From NCBI GenBank assembly GCA_028534125.1, contig CM052816.1, positions 45,076,001-45,140,000 of the forward strand: a stretch of 64,000 bases of DNA, given 5' to 3'. The position numbers were made by a program, and so were the translations under genes. The DNA is from Lama glama. Taxonomy: Eukaryota. Positions 13,798 to 25,610 of this stretch are shown here, piece after piece; position 1 is the stretch's first letter; each line of letters begins with the position of its first letter. The notes under the pieces were generated by a model that was not told where the DNA came from, searched no databases, and saw nothing but the letters and a program-made list of their open reading frames with translations.

Positions 13798-14239
13798 TTT
13801 TAGAGTAGGATTTCCCAACATTTTTTGGACCACAATCTAAAATAACAAATGTATTCTACTTGGCAACCTAGAACACGTATACAAAATAGATATATAATTG
13901 AAACACAGACAAAAGTTATTTTATTGTATGGAGGGTACCTTGATTTTTTAATTCGATTCCACTGTTTTAATCTATCCTATTATATATTTTTTTAATATTG
14001 ATCTGTTTTTACTCATTAAAGAGATTTTATGACCCACTAATAGGTGATGCTATAAAGCTTGGGAAATACTTCTGTTAAATTTGTATTCAAACCCTTTCTA
14101 CTACATTTTTTTAAAAGTATCTTTCCATCTTTTTAAAGGACAGAACAAGAAGAAAAAAATTTGTAAATGTTTCCTGAGGATTGTAGATCACCAGAGATGA
14201 CAGTAACAGCTAACAAGGGTTAAGCACTTCTATTCTTTA

Positions 14240-14490
14240 GGAGGGTGGTTAAGCACAGACCTCAGGATTCTCACCTTAGCATAGCCACCCACAAGCTGTA
14301 AAACCCAGACAAGTTACTTAACCTCTCTGTGCCCAGTTTCCACATCTGTAAAGTGGAGACAACAATAATACAAATGCCTCATGGGGCTTTTATGAGGACT
14401 GCTGTATAGGTAAAGCTGTGTACATATAGGAAAAGGTACTGCACGCAACAAGTGTCATTGAAGCGATTGTCACTGCCGTCATTATTACTG
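14240..14490 (+). mobile_element. MIR SINE
   Basis: Core acaagttacttaacctctctgtgcccagtttccacatctgtaaagtggag. Confidence 0.85.
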
Positions 14491-14539
14491 GGTACTTTGT
14501 AGGAGTGTGTCATTTAGCTTCCTAATAATCCCATGGGAT

Positions 14540-15010
14540 ATTATAGCAGAACTGTTCGGTGGCCCAGTTTACAGCCATTCCCACCTACTTCTTTGTTGAC
14601 AAATTCCCGTTTACTCAGGGCATCCATCTCTCACAGGTGATTCAGGGGTGGGTATAGCTAACTGGTAGAGCATGTGCTCAGCAGGCATGAGGTCCTGGGT
14701 TCAATCCCTGACATCTCTATTTTTAAAAAAAATTAGTGATTCAGGAGTGAATCCTAGTTGGTAAGATGATCACAAAAAACCCTCCTCCCTTGCCAGTGAT
14801 GAATTAAGGAAGAGCATGTGATTCAGCTCTGGCCAATGAACCATAAGTCATCTGGGAAATGTTTCTTCTCTCTTAAAGTAAAACAGAAGAAAGAAACGTC
14901 CTATCTTCTTACACTGCATGTTGTTATGTCTAGCTGTGATGCCAGAAATTGCAGCATTCATTTGGCAGCCATGAGGGAAGCCAAAGACAACAAAGTGAAA
15001 GACACGCTCA
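14540..15010 (+). mobile_element. Old MaLR LTR (MLT1I/J-like) interrupted by a camelid SINE
   Basis: ccttgccagtgat ... gcatgtgattcagctctggccaatga ... tgtgatgccagaaattgcagcattcatttggcagccatgaggg. Confidence 0.7.
14645..14735 (+). mobile_element. Vic-1-type tRNA-derived camelid SINE
   Basis: ggggtgggtatagctaactggtagagcatgtgctcagcaggcatgaggtcctgggttcaatccc with A and B boxes and an A-rich tail. Target-site duplication GTGATTCA at 14637-14644 and 14736-14743. Confidence 0.85.
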
Positions 15011-15824
15011 TGGACATGGGGAGGTCTGGCTATTGTCTCCACTAGGGTGAGGAAGGTGAGGGATAAAGCAAGGATAGGAAATTTCCAAGAGTCACACTAA
15101 GGAAGTCACCTATTCTTTATCCACTATGCTACCATAGCCCCACTTTCAAAGAATTCATAATTATTTTCTTTAAATGCCCTAAAGATATGAATCGATACAT
15201 GTGGAAAACATTTCCAGAATCAGTTGCCAATCTCAGGACCTTTAAGGTCAGTTAAGATGATCATTTGTTGGGGGTAGGTAGGTTGTGAGCCTGTCAATAC
15301 GTACAGCAGTTACACGTTTACTTTGTGCCTTACTCCACCACTTGGTACATGTTTATTGCTTGCAATTATTCTCTTCTTATTACATGTCTATGGATTAGTT
15401 TTTCTCTAAGTAGGCTGTCGATTTCATAAGTACTCTGATTAACAACCTTGACCCAAGGTGTTATTGACCAATAATAGATTAACCCATCACTGTTTTCAAA
15501 CTGTTTATGTTTTTAATACGCATCTTCCCTAAGAGGGTTTAAATACTTTGGAATTTCAGAGCCTCTAGTAGGGATATTAGGGTATTTAGGGGGGAAGGGG
15601 ACCACTTTGACCCCTAAAAATAACAGCCCTTCAAGGAGCTGCCTTGGACTCTTGAGTCTGACATTTCTCTTCCAAAACCTAGCAGGCATAATTTTCGTGG
15701 CAACCTCTCTTATTATTCCAGTGAACATAGGAATACCCAAATAAAAAAGTATTACAGAGGCATGATGTTTAAAATTTACTAAGTCATTTTACAAACTCAC
15801 AACAGCCCCATTTGGTTTTTTAAA

Positions 15825-16470
15825 TCAATATTTTGATTTTAAGAAACACAATTTCCTTTAAGATTTTAGCATCTCTGAAATTGGACAGGATCTTGCAATT
15901 TTTGTCCGCCAAGCAGGAATCATGATGTGATTGCCACTGGCTGTGCACAAACTTTTAGTTATTTATTGTGGCGAGACTGGAAAATTCTAAACCCATGTCT
16001 TTTCAGGCCCACCTGCGTTGCGGTTGCTATCTAAAAACCTTCTGTTGATATCTTTCGGTAAGATGAAGAAAGCCACAGCATAAAAACTTATAAATTGGTA
16101 TCAGAAGCTTGAGGGGGGGGATGTACAATGACAGCATTCAAGCAATCTTTTGGAAAATGCTGTATCAACATACACAGGGATTGATAAATCTGAAAAAGGG
16201 AACCTGAAAAGATGGACTCCAAAGAAATTTTAGGAGTACCTTAACTAATTATCTGACTTCTATTTTCCTTTTTCAATATACAAGAGTAAAATATGACAAA
16301 AATCTGTATATAGGTCTAAAAGAACTCTTTCCACTACAAAAATAAATAATAATTCTAAGTGATAAAAAGAATTGTCAATTTAATTGGCATCATTCTTGTC
16401 CTTTCTTAATGATACCTAAAATTATGCTGCATCTTCAAGTCAATGGCATCTTGAAGTCTATGAATATATT
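15825..16470 (+). mobile_element. TcMar-Tc2 (Kanga/MER104-like) DNA transposon remnant
   Basis: Ends resemble MER104/Kanga (gcatctctgaaattgg; gcatcttcaagtcaatggcatcttgaagtctatgaata). Internal codons at 16143-16169 read QSFGKCCIN, like the SFxKCxI motif of pogo/Tc2 transposases. Confidence 0.6.
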
Positions 16471-18287
16471 ATCCATAGAAGAGCAAACAGGATCAGAAAG
16501 GCTAAGTGACTTACACATTTGCACGTGTACACACACATATATACACAGGATTAAGAAGATAGGTCTTTTCTAAGCACTGCAGTATTGTGCCTCTCCTCTG
16601 ATGAGCATGTGGGCATGAACCAGTTTCCTAAGGCTCCTCTAAATCAAGGATTCAATTTGGAGACAGTATTTGCCACCCATGGAATGTTACCTGCATTTTT
16701 CCTTAGACCCAGTGCATATGAAATGTAAAATGACATAGCAAGGATCATGTTTTCTCTTAACATAAGTCATCATGAAGAAGGAAATTGATTGTCCAGATTG
16801 TAGGTAAGGACTGCAGTTGTGTGAAACACAAACTGTATGTGTTAGGGGGAAAGTCACATTGTACACACATGCTCTGTCTGCTATCACAGGTATGTTACCT
16901 CAGAGTCTGTCAGCCCCTGGAGAAAGTCACATGCTTTTACTAGGCTGATGTGCAAAACCCACAGTGCAAAATGTTGTGCTGATCTCCAGGTTATGTTTCA
17001 GAGTTTAGCTTCAGTGATCAATGATGTAAAGGAATGATAAAAACCTCCCCAAATTTTAAAATCGGAAAGTGCCTGAGGGGAATTCTAGTTTGATTCCGGT
17101 ATTTGTAAGCTCAGATTTTTACAATCCCCTGCTAGACCACAGGGAAATATTTCTTTGAAAGAACAATATGTCCTGGGAAAGTAGTTGGAAACCATATAGG
17201 AGCTCCTGGACTGTACGATGGTGCTGAAGCACTCAGGGTGTAAGAAAGAGGCCAAAGACTGTATTTGTAATACCTTCAGAATGCAATGCTTTAAATTAAA
17301 AACAATAAATCTTTCTAAATTCCGGTGATCTGCCAATAGTGATTTGGAAACTGAAGCACAGATCATTCAGATGAACAGATCGGTGGAAGGGTAAGGACAA
17401 AATCCAAGACAATTTTTCCTGCCATGAGGATATTGAGAGCAGTCTGCCAAAAGGACAGTTTTATGGCTACGCTGACTTGGGGGGCGCGGGTGGGCAGGGA
17501 AAAGAGTAAAGCTTATGTACCATAAAAATCCTAACAGATCCATTCTCAGTCAGACAATGATATTAAAATCCTTACACTAACTTAATTTTACCTTTGTTAA
17601 GGCAAATCATGAACAATTTAAGAAACAAATTTAGGGCTAGATATTTTTTCCCAGTGCCATCTCAGCAGCTAGTCAAATTTAGGGATTTTTTTAAGACAGT
17701 AATAATCTAATCAACACAATTCTTTGGCAGTGCACAGTTGTAAAGTGTTAAGTGGAATCTCCAAAGGCCTTAAACCTGAGTTATTTTTCATGCAAATCTA
17801 AAATATCCAGGCCTTATGTTCAAGAAGAGGAAATAATCACCCTCAGTGAAAATTCTTCTAAGTTACTGTCTGTATCTACATTTGCAAAGTATCTACTTCC
17901 TCTTAAGGAAATGCTATATAAATAATCAGGAGCGCATCTCAGTTCTGGGACATTATGTCAGAGTTAAAAGAAGAAAACCTCAAGAAATACCTTCTTTTAA
18001 AGTTCAGGCAAAAAAAGATTTTTTTTTCTATAATAATAAAAGGTGTGTAGAAAATTTAGTTTGAAATAATAAAACATGAAGTTTGATAATGGACAAAACT
18101 CCTTTTCCAAATCAGTGTCCTTTTTTTCCTTATTATTTACATAAACTAAAATTTTGTTGCAGAATATTTCTATAAGCATCCAGTTTTGTTATGATTTTCA
18201 TCTCAACCAATTTCAGAGAAGCCAGGCTGGAAATTTTTAACATTTCTTGGATAATTTCAAATAAATAAATATCTCTTTTCATATAGC

Positions 18288-18534
18288 CCAGCAGTTTGCA
18301 ACAGGGACAATTTTGCCTTCTCCCCTGCCAAACTCACCAAACTGTAGGGGGAATTTGGAAATGTCCAGATACACGTTTGGTCATCATAACGGGGAGAGAG
18401 GACAAGGTGCTACTGGCATCTAGTGGGAAGAGATCAGGGAGCTGCTAAACATCCTACGATGCACAGCACAGCCCCGCCCCATAACAGAAGTATCCCACCC
18501 AAAACGTCGATAGTGCCGAGGTCGAGAAACCTTG
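18288..18534. mobile_element. MER20 hAT-Charlie MITE
   Basis: gtgctactggcatctagtgggaagagatcagggagctgctaaacatcctacgatgcacagcacagcccc ... gtgccgaggtcgagaaacc. Confidence 0.9.
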
Positions 18535-18819
18535 ATAGAGACACATCTTTGTTTCTTTTTATTTGAACTATGCAATGTGCCACAGGACCCTTGGAATAGA
18601 ATTTGGTGCTCAGGGAGAGAAAACAATTTAACACACACCCTTCCTGCCGTGTGCACTGCCGGCACCTTAGACCATTCCTCCATGAATTCTTGTGTGGAAT
18701 ACTCCATCACCTCCCGCTGGCCTCTCTGTTTCTACTTCTGCTCCCTCTACTCCAATCTCCCCTGGAGCCCAGAATGGCTTAAATGACTGGCAGGGAGGAA
18801 GGTTTCCCTCGCAGTGGTC

Positions 18820-19240
18820 CACACTAATGTCAATATCCTCTGAGGCCCTGCAGGATGTCCCTTCCGCCTCCCTCTCTCCTCAAGTCACACTGGCCTGGCA
18901 GTTGCTCATATTACCTTGATTCATCGCACCTCAGAGCCTTCCAGTTTTGCCCCCACCCCTCTTTAGTCCTTCGTATCTGTCAGATTTAATCTCAATTCTT
19001 GGAAATGTTCATAAATCCATCTTCACTAGATAAAGTCAATCTGCTATAAACTCTCATAGCCCCTTGCACTTTTTTCTTCATACTCTTCATAACTTGCATT
19101 ACACACTCATGTAAACTATCTCTGCTAGGTGACCATAAGTATTTTGAGTGCAGAGCCATTACCTAACCTGCCTATTTTTCCCTCTCCAAGGCCCAGCACA
19201 GTACCTGATATAGTACCTTGATTGTATTATTGAATAAATA
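18820..19240 (+). mobile_element. L2 LINE 3' fragment
   Basis: Ends gcccagcacagtacctgatatag ... ttgaataaata. Confidence 0.6.
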
Positions 19241-20349
19241 TATCCCAGGTTTTGCCTTCTAGGATAGTTACCACAACTGATGGGGGTTGGAATAAATGTC
19301 TCTTATGTTGCTCAACATACTAAAATGCATCTGCTTGCTATAGAAGGAGAATCTCTGGAAGGCAGAGTGTAGATGGGAAGAAAGTATTAACAGGTATTTT
19401 AAAAAGTACTAAAACTATAAAAAGATGGGAAGAAAGTATTAAATTGCTATTTACGATGAAATAAGAATTAGTCGATTTGGAGGTGGGAGGTGACCTGAGA
19501 AAAAGAGACTTGGGGCTGCAAAAATATGTTTAGGAGACAGAAATTCTCTATGACAGGGACTTACTGCCAGATTTTAGGAGAGACACGGGAATGATTTTGA
19601 AGTTGCTTCCTGTACTGTGCAGCTCTGTGACCCTTTATTATATGAATTCTAACAAAAACTTTGCACACTTGACCTTGTATTAGTGGTGCTTTGTGAAACG
19701 GGAGTAATCCAGTAGTGCCCAATGTTAGGAACAGGATGGATAAAAGACTTCAGAGAGGGGTGGAGCCTGAGATCTCAACGGATAACATCAAATTGGAGTA
19801 GAGTGATGAGAAATGTAAGGTCCTCGAGGATTACTGAAGACATTGAGATAGATGCTGGGTTTCCCCCATATTTATACAAAGGGCTTGAATCTATCTCATT
19901 TTAATATTAGATGTCTAGTTGCTCCCAAGTGGGTGACACCTGGGCACTGGTGTTATGTGTGTTATGTAACAATGTGGAATGGATAAAGGGTTGAGCTAGA
20001 TGATCTCCAAGGTCTTGTTTTCAAACATTTCCCCTCTTTACTCTTTCTAACATAAAGGCTGAACCATGAATCTGAGAATAATTGCTTTTAACTTTGATAT
20101 CTGCATGTGTGTTCATTTTCTCTGGCATATCCAAGTATTATTTCTTGTGTTCCTTTAACTCTCATCTCACAAATCAGCAAAGGGAAATCATACTTACCCT
20201 TTGTTCTGAAGTTCCCAGAAGCGTTTACAACTTCCTAACTAGAAGTTACCAAGTGACTCATTATGGAAAGAAATGGGAAAAACCAACTCTAATGAGGTGT
20301 GGGAGAAAGAGTTGCAACTTCTTCACAGCTGGTGTTTAAACTTTATTGT

Positions 20350-20590
20350 TTGCTAACATATGTATGCCAGCTTCTGTTTTAAGTGCTTTTATATATCAAC
20401 TCACTGAATCGTATCAACTCTGTGAGGTAGATACTCTCATTATCCCCATTTCACAGGAAAAATATTTGAGGCACAGAAAGCTTAAGAAACTTGCTCCAGG
20501 TCACATAGCTAGTAAGTGGGGAGCCGAGATTAGAACCTAGGCAGTCGGCCTGTAGAGGCTACATACTTAACCAATGTGCATTCACGCCTC
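20350..20590 (-). mobile_element. MIR SINE
   Basis: tatccccatttcacagg ... gaggcacagaaagcttaagaaacttgctccaggtcacatagctagtaagtgg. Confidence 0.85.
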
Positions 20591-20699
20591 AATGTGATTA
20601 AATTCATACTGATTGGTGGGCTTCTGAATACAGGGCAGGGCTAGGGAAAAACTTAGGATGACTTCTCAGCTAATGCCACCTCTGTCCTTCATTTGCTCA

Positions 20700-21470
20700 G
20701 TCCAGAGAAACAACCTTGAATTCTTTCTCTTACATTTCACATGCAATTTGTCAGGATACTTCCATGGCCCTGCCTTCCAAATATGCCCAGACTCCAGCGG
20801 CTTCTCACCATCCTCACTGCCACCATCTTGGTCTAAGTCACTGTTACCTCCCCACTGGATTACTGCATCAATCTCCCAAATATCTTCTAGGCTTACCTTC
20901 TAACAAGTCATTCTCAACACAGTAGTCAAGTGTGATCCTTTAAAAACTAAAGTCAGATCAAGTCACTTCTCTGCTAATGACCATTCAGTGGCTTCCTATT
21001 TCATTCAGAGTGAAAGCCAAGTTTGTCACAGTGACCTACAAGGCCCTACACGTCCGCACCTCCTCCCTCTCAGTGGTAACCTCATGCCCTCCCAAGCACA
21101 CAGCCATCCAGCCACACCAGGCCACTCGCTCTTCCTCTTCTGGAATACCCCATCCAGGCCCTCTGCCTTAGGGGCTTTAGCACTAGCCAGTCCCTCTGCC
21201 TGAAATTCTGCACAGTCATTTTCCTCACTTTCTGCAAATCTTTATTCAAATGAGAGGCCTACTCTGAAAACTCTATTTCAGATTATAAGCTTTACTGTCC
21301 CTGATCCTGCTGAACCCCATCTCTCTGTCTCTCTGTTTTGCCATGACACTTACCACTTCCTAATATCGAATTTACTACTTATTTATTGTGCATCTTCCCT
21401 ACCAGAATGTAAGCTTGTTAAACCCTAATGTAGCATAGGTGCCATCCAGATACGTTGAATGAATGAATGA
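20700..21470 (+). mobile_element. L2a LINE 3' fragment
   Basis: cttctcaccatcctcactgccaccatcttggtctaagtc ... agtcagatcaagtcacttctctgct ... gttgaatgaatgaatgaa. Confidence 0.85.
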
Positions 21471-21969
21471 AAGAGTAAGTGCTCACAGATAGTGACCCTA
21501 AAGAATGAGCATAACTGGTTTTTGAAGTTAATACAGTGTCTATGGATGTCTGTGAAACATATTACTTTGGGTGCATCAATTTTTTGGCATGCAGATACAA
21601 GGACCTTTAGGGACCTAAATTTTTTCCCCATGAATCATCAACATTAAAATATAAATTTAAAAGCAGTGAACGTTACCACTGTAATTATGAAAGGCCACAT
21701 AATACCTGAATACACTCTTTCCATTCACCTTATAGGCCCCCAAAAGAAACAGAAACAGTTATAGAAAAATTATAACTGGGCTTTTTTTTCCCCAGAACCC
21801 TTCATCCTCCTGTTCTGCTCATATATCCTTGTAAGTTTTCTTCTCTCAGAGAATCACTCTGTTTGTGATTATATCCTCGGGATAATGTACAGGAACGTAT
21901 TCTGGTGGAAAAGTGAGGAAAGACTCTACCAGCAGGTGTCATGGCTCCCCCAAGCTGATGCCCATCCCA

Positions 21970-22125
21970 TCAGCACCCAAAATGTGGTCCAGGACAACGT
22001 GCATCAGGGTTCCTGGGACCCCAGCTATTCCTACCAATTTAGAATCTCAAGAGGTGGGGCTGGGCATTTGCATTTCAGTTTGATTCTAGTGTGATTCTTA
22101 AATCCTACTAATGTTTAAGAACTGC
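21970..22125. mobile_element. MER5-like MITE
   Basis: agaatctcaagaggtggggctgggcatttgcatttc ... gtgattctta ... gtttaagaactg. Confidence 0.6.
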
Positions 22126-22789
22126 TGTCCTCGTCTAGACTTTCCTGACCTATCTCCCAGGTACAAATATGCCTCCCCAAACCTCACTTCCTTGTGCCAG
22201 ATTCTCCTTCAAGGTTTATCTTCTGAGAGATGTTTAGGCAATAATTATGGATAATGTTTTACTGTGTTAATTCCCAAGATCTCTGCTCCAAAATTACATT
22301 CAATACATTTATGCAAACTAGTAGGCAATGCCAGGGACGATCTGCATACTTGCAGGCTCAGAAGGGGAGAGAATTTGTGACAATATTTCTCCTATTCAAG
22401 GCAATTCTTCCTCTCTAATGTCCTGCCTGGTGTGAGTTTGACTGAGGGGAAGGATATTTCTCTCTATAACAAATAATATTTCTTCCTTCCAAAATCTTTT
22501 CCTTTAAGTAATATATTTGGAAATAAAAACTATATTCTTGTAGACCATGTTTATGTTTTATTTTATTTTTCCAGCTACCAGTTTGGCCTAGACAAAACCA
22601 GGGGAACCCTAGTTAGAGTGGCATGAATTAAGTTTGGCCTTGGCCTTAATACTTGCTGGGTTATATATCAAGTGTTGAGGTAGGCAGGTAATTCCAGTAT
22701 TTATAAGAATAAAGTAATTCTGATAGTATTGTTTGTGTTGAATTCCACTAAATAGCAAGTGTATGTAAAGCAAGTCTCCAATATGAATA

Positions 22790-23554
22790 GAGTTGATTCT
22801 CATTATTCATGGTAGTTATGTTCTTTTTTTATGGGGGGGGGTAATTAGGTTTATTTATTTATTTATTTTAATGGCGGTACTAGGGATTGAATCCAGGACC
22901 TCGTGCCTGCTAAGCATACACTCTACCACTGAGCTGTATTTTCCCCTCCACCCTCTATACTTACGTTCTATAAAGTCACCACGAACACTGAATTAGTAAA
23001 CATTGAACTGTTGCTCTTAGAGGAAATACAGGGTTACGTTCCTGCAAGACTTTGGTCATAGTATTTTTGTGGACTGATCAATGTATAACATGTGTGTTTC
23101 TCTATTCAAATACATCTTATTTAAGGATAACATCATGACCATCAGCACCATAATTCATGCCTGATTGAAACTTATGTGACACATGTATTTTATCTGTAAG
23201 ATCCATCACAAGCCTCTCACACTTAGGAACAGCACTATCGCACTACGCTTTGTGGCCAATGTACACAGTGATATCGCCAACAACAAGCACAAAAATGAGA
23301 AAAACATGGCACTAAACAGACCACAAAAAGGACATTTGTTTACACTGTGAGAACTGAAACAAAGCGGCACAGGGTCACTTTGAATTCAGTTGAGAACATG
23401 CACTTAAGGTAACTCAGATTTTTCACTGCTCTGTGTGTGCACATGTCAGTAAATAACCGTGGATACCACAAGTATTGATTTTAGGGTTACAAATAAATTG
23501 TAGCAAGTAGGCAAGTTTGTAAATGTGGAATCCATGAATAATAAGGATTGACTG
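22790..23554. mobile_element. MER82-like TcMar-Tigger non-autonomous transposon with a SINE insertion
   Basis: Inverted ends gagttgattctcattattcatgg / ccatgaataataaggattgactg, flanked by TA on both sides. Confidence 0.8.
22825..22947 (-). mobile_element. Vic-1-type camelid SINE
   Basis: Reverse strand reads gggg...gctcagtggtagagtgtatgcttagcaggcacgaggtcctggattcaatccctagtacc plus an (AAAT)n tail. Flanks are ttatgttct / ttacgttct. Confidence 0.85.
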
Positions 23555-24589
23555 TATTTTCAAAATAAAACACTAACAAGAATAATTTACTTCCCACTTA
23601 CTGAGGGCTTATGCTGTGCCAGGCACATTAATGAATTCACTTAATTCTTAAAACAACCTATATTTATTGCTGAAGAAATTGAGATTTAGCGAGATTATTA
23701 ATTTTCTCAAGATCACAGTACTCTAAATATCAAAGAACTCAAGATTTATTTTAAGACAACTTAAATATTTTTTCCAAGATATGCAAAGGGTTTATTTGAC
23801 ACTTTTTTTACATTTAAAATCTTAATTCAAACATTATTAGTTTGAAGTTAATAGAAGGAATTTTTCAGACATTTATATCAATGGGAAAACCAGAGCACAA
23901 AGATGTTAAATTACTAACCAGGCTCACAAATTCAATTTGTAAGAGCAGGAGTTTCAACATCCAATGGCACAGCCCAGGCATAGTGACAGTCCTACTCTAT
24001 GGATACAAACAGGACAGCACTTCTACTAAAATAAGTGACATGTCATTTAAATTTGAATTTGACAAACTACTCTTCACATCTTATTAAATTAGGCTTGTTA
24101 TGCTTTTCTGAGGGTATCTGAAGGATCATCGTAATCATAGCTGAACATAAGCTACACAATTTAGCACTTTTACTATGTAAAAATACTGGATAACATATAA
24201 TTGAGTATTGTTAGTGAAATCTTTCATTAAATATTTCAGAACTAATGGACACGAGGAATCTCCGTGTCACTCCCACACTCACACAGTGTTTTGCACTGAT
24301 CTGTATTTTACCACGTACTACACAGTATCGTAATTACATCCTCACATGTCTGATTGTCCCACTATGATATGAGCTTCTCAAAGGCTTGGACCCAATTTTC
24401 TTCACTTTCACATTGTCTAGTACATACATACATACTTGCCTCAGAATAGGTACTCAGTGAAAGATGTTGAATGAATTCATGAGGAGTGGATGAATGAGTG
24501 GATTAATGATTGACTATGAGGTTTGCCTATTATCATATTTGAGATCTTGATGACGGACTGGGTCAAATGTTATTTCCACTCCGTTCACA

Positions 24590-24880
24590 CATGTACCACA
24601 TATTTCTTGAGCACCGCTATGTGCTGGCCACTGTACTAGGCATAGGAGGTAATATGGTACAAAAGATTAAAAAGGTCTCTGTCTTATGAAACTTATTATT
24701 GTAATATTTTTAGTGGAAGGGAGAACACTAAATAAACACACAAATGACTTCAAATAGTAAATAATATAATGGAGATAGGGAAAAAAAAGAGGTCATGTGG
24801 GCAGAGTGACTGGGCTGGAGGTGAAATGTCCCTGCTTGGGTGACATTTGAACCAAGACCTGGATGACGACGGGGAATCAC
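24590..24880 (-). mobile_element. L2 fragment
   Basis: ttgagcaccgctatgtgctggccactgtactagg ... tgacatttgaaccaagacctgga. Confidence 0.6.
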
Positions 24881-25344
24881 TCGTGTAAAAATCAGCGGCC
24901 CCCCTGCCTCTGCCCAGAAGTGACACATCCTCTTCCTGCTCACATTTCACAGGCTAGCTCTGGTCATATGGCCTCAACTGGCTACACATAGGCTGGGAAG
25001 TAGTCTCCCATGTGCCCAAGAGGGAGGGGAAGACAGAGCATGGTGAACCAGCATTATCTACCCAGTGGCTCAAAGAAAACTGAATCGCTAAGCAATAACT
25101 TTGCTCTTTGACATTACAGTCAGCATTTAGTACTTAGTGTGACTTAAAAAATAAGAAGGATGATTGTTCCAGCGCGAAGAGAGTGGCAAATGATTGGCAC
25201 ATGAAAGAAACAGGGGAAAGGCTAGGGCGTGGATGGGACACAGAGTGTGAGAAGAAGCGTGGTAGGTCGTGGGGAGCCAGAGGATGTAGCACAAAGTGGG
25301 CCAAGCAGGGGGAACGGATATTACTCGAAGTGCAATGGGATGCC

Positions 25345-25610
25345 TTCAGTTTTAAGAGTCAGGTAATCTGACTTAAATTTTTTAAATATTTCTTTGGCAG
25401 TTGGGTGCAGAAGAGATTACGGTTGGGGCAGGGGGAGTATATGTTTGGGAAGAAATTCAGGGTCTCTGCACCAGTCCAGCTGAGAGGATGGTAACTAGAC
25501 CTGTGGGAAGGGAACAAAGAAGATGAGAGGTAGATCTTTAATGTAGAGTAGATAGGACTTTGTGGTAGACTGGATGTGAGGAGGTGGAAAATAGAGAAAT
25601 CCTTCACCGG
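25345..25610 (-). mobile_element. L2 fragment
   Basis: ccagctgagaggatggtaactagacc ... ataggactttgtggtagactggatgtgagg. Confidence 0.6.

Noticed and set aside
14645..14735. tRNA gene call for this element and the copies at 22825 and 29270
   Set aside because: TSD-like flanks, A-rich tails and a broken cloverleaf indicate SINEs.
19371..19442. CRISPR-like repeat-spacer-repeat
   Set aside because: Only two copies, mammalian context, no cas genes.
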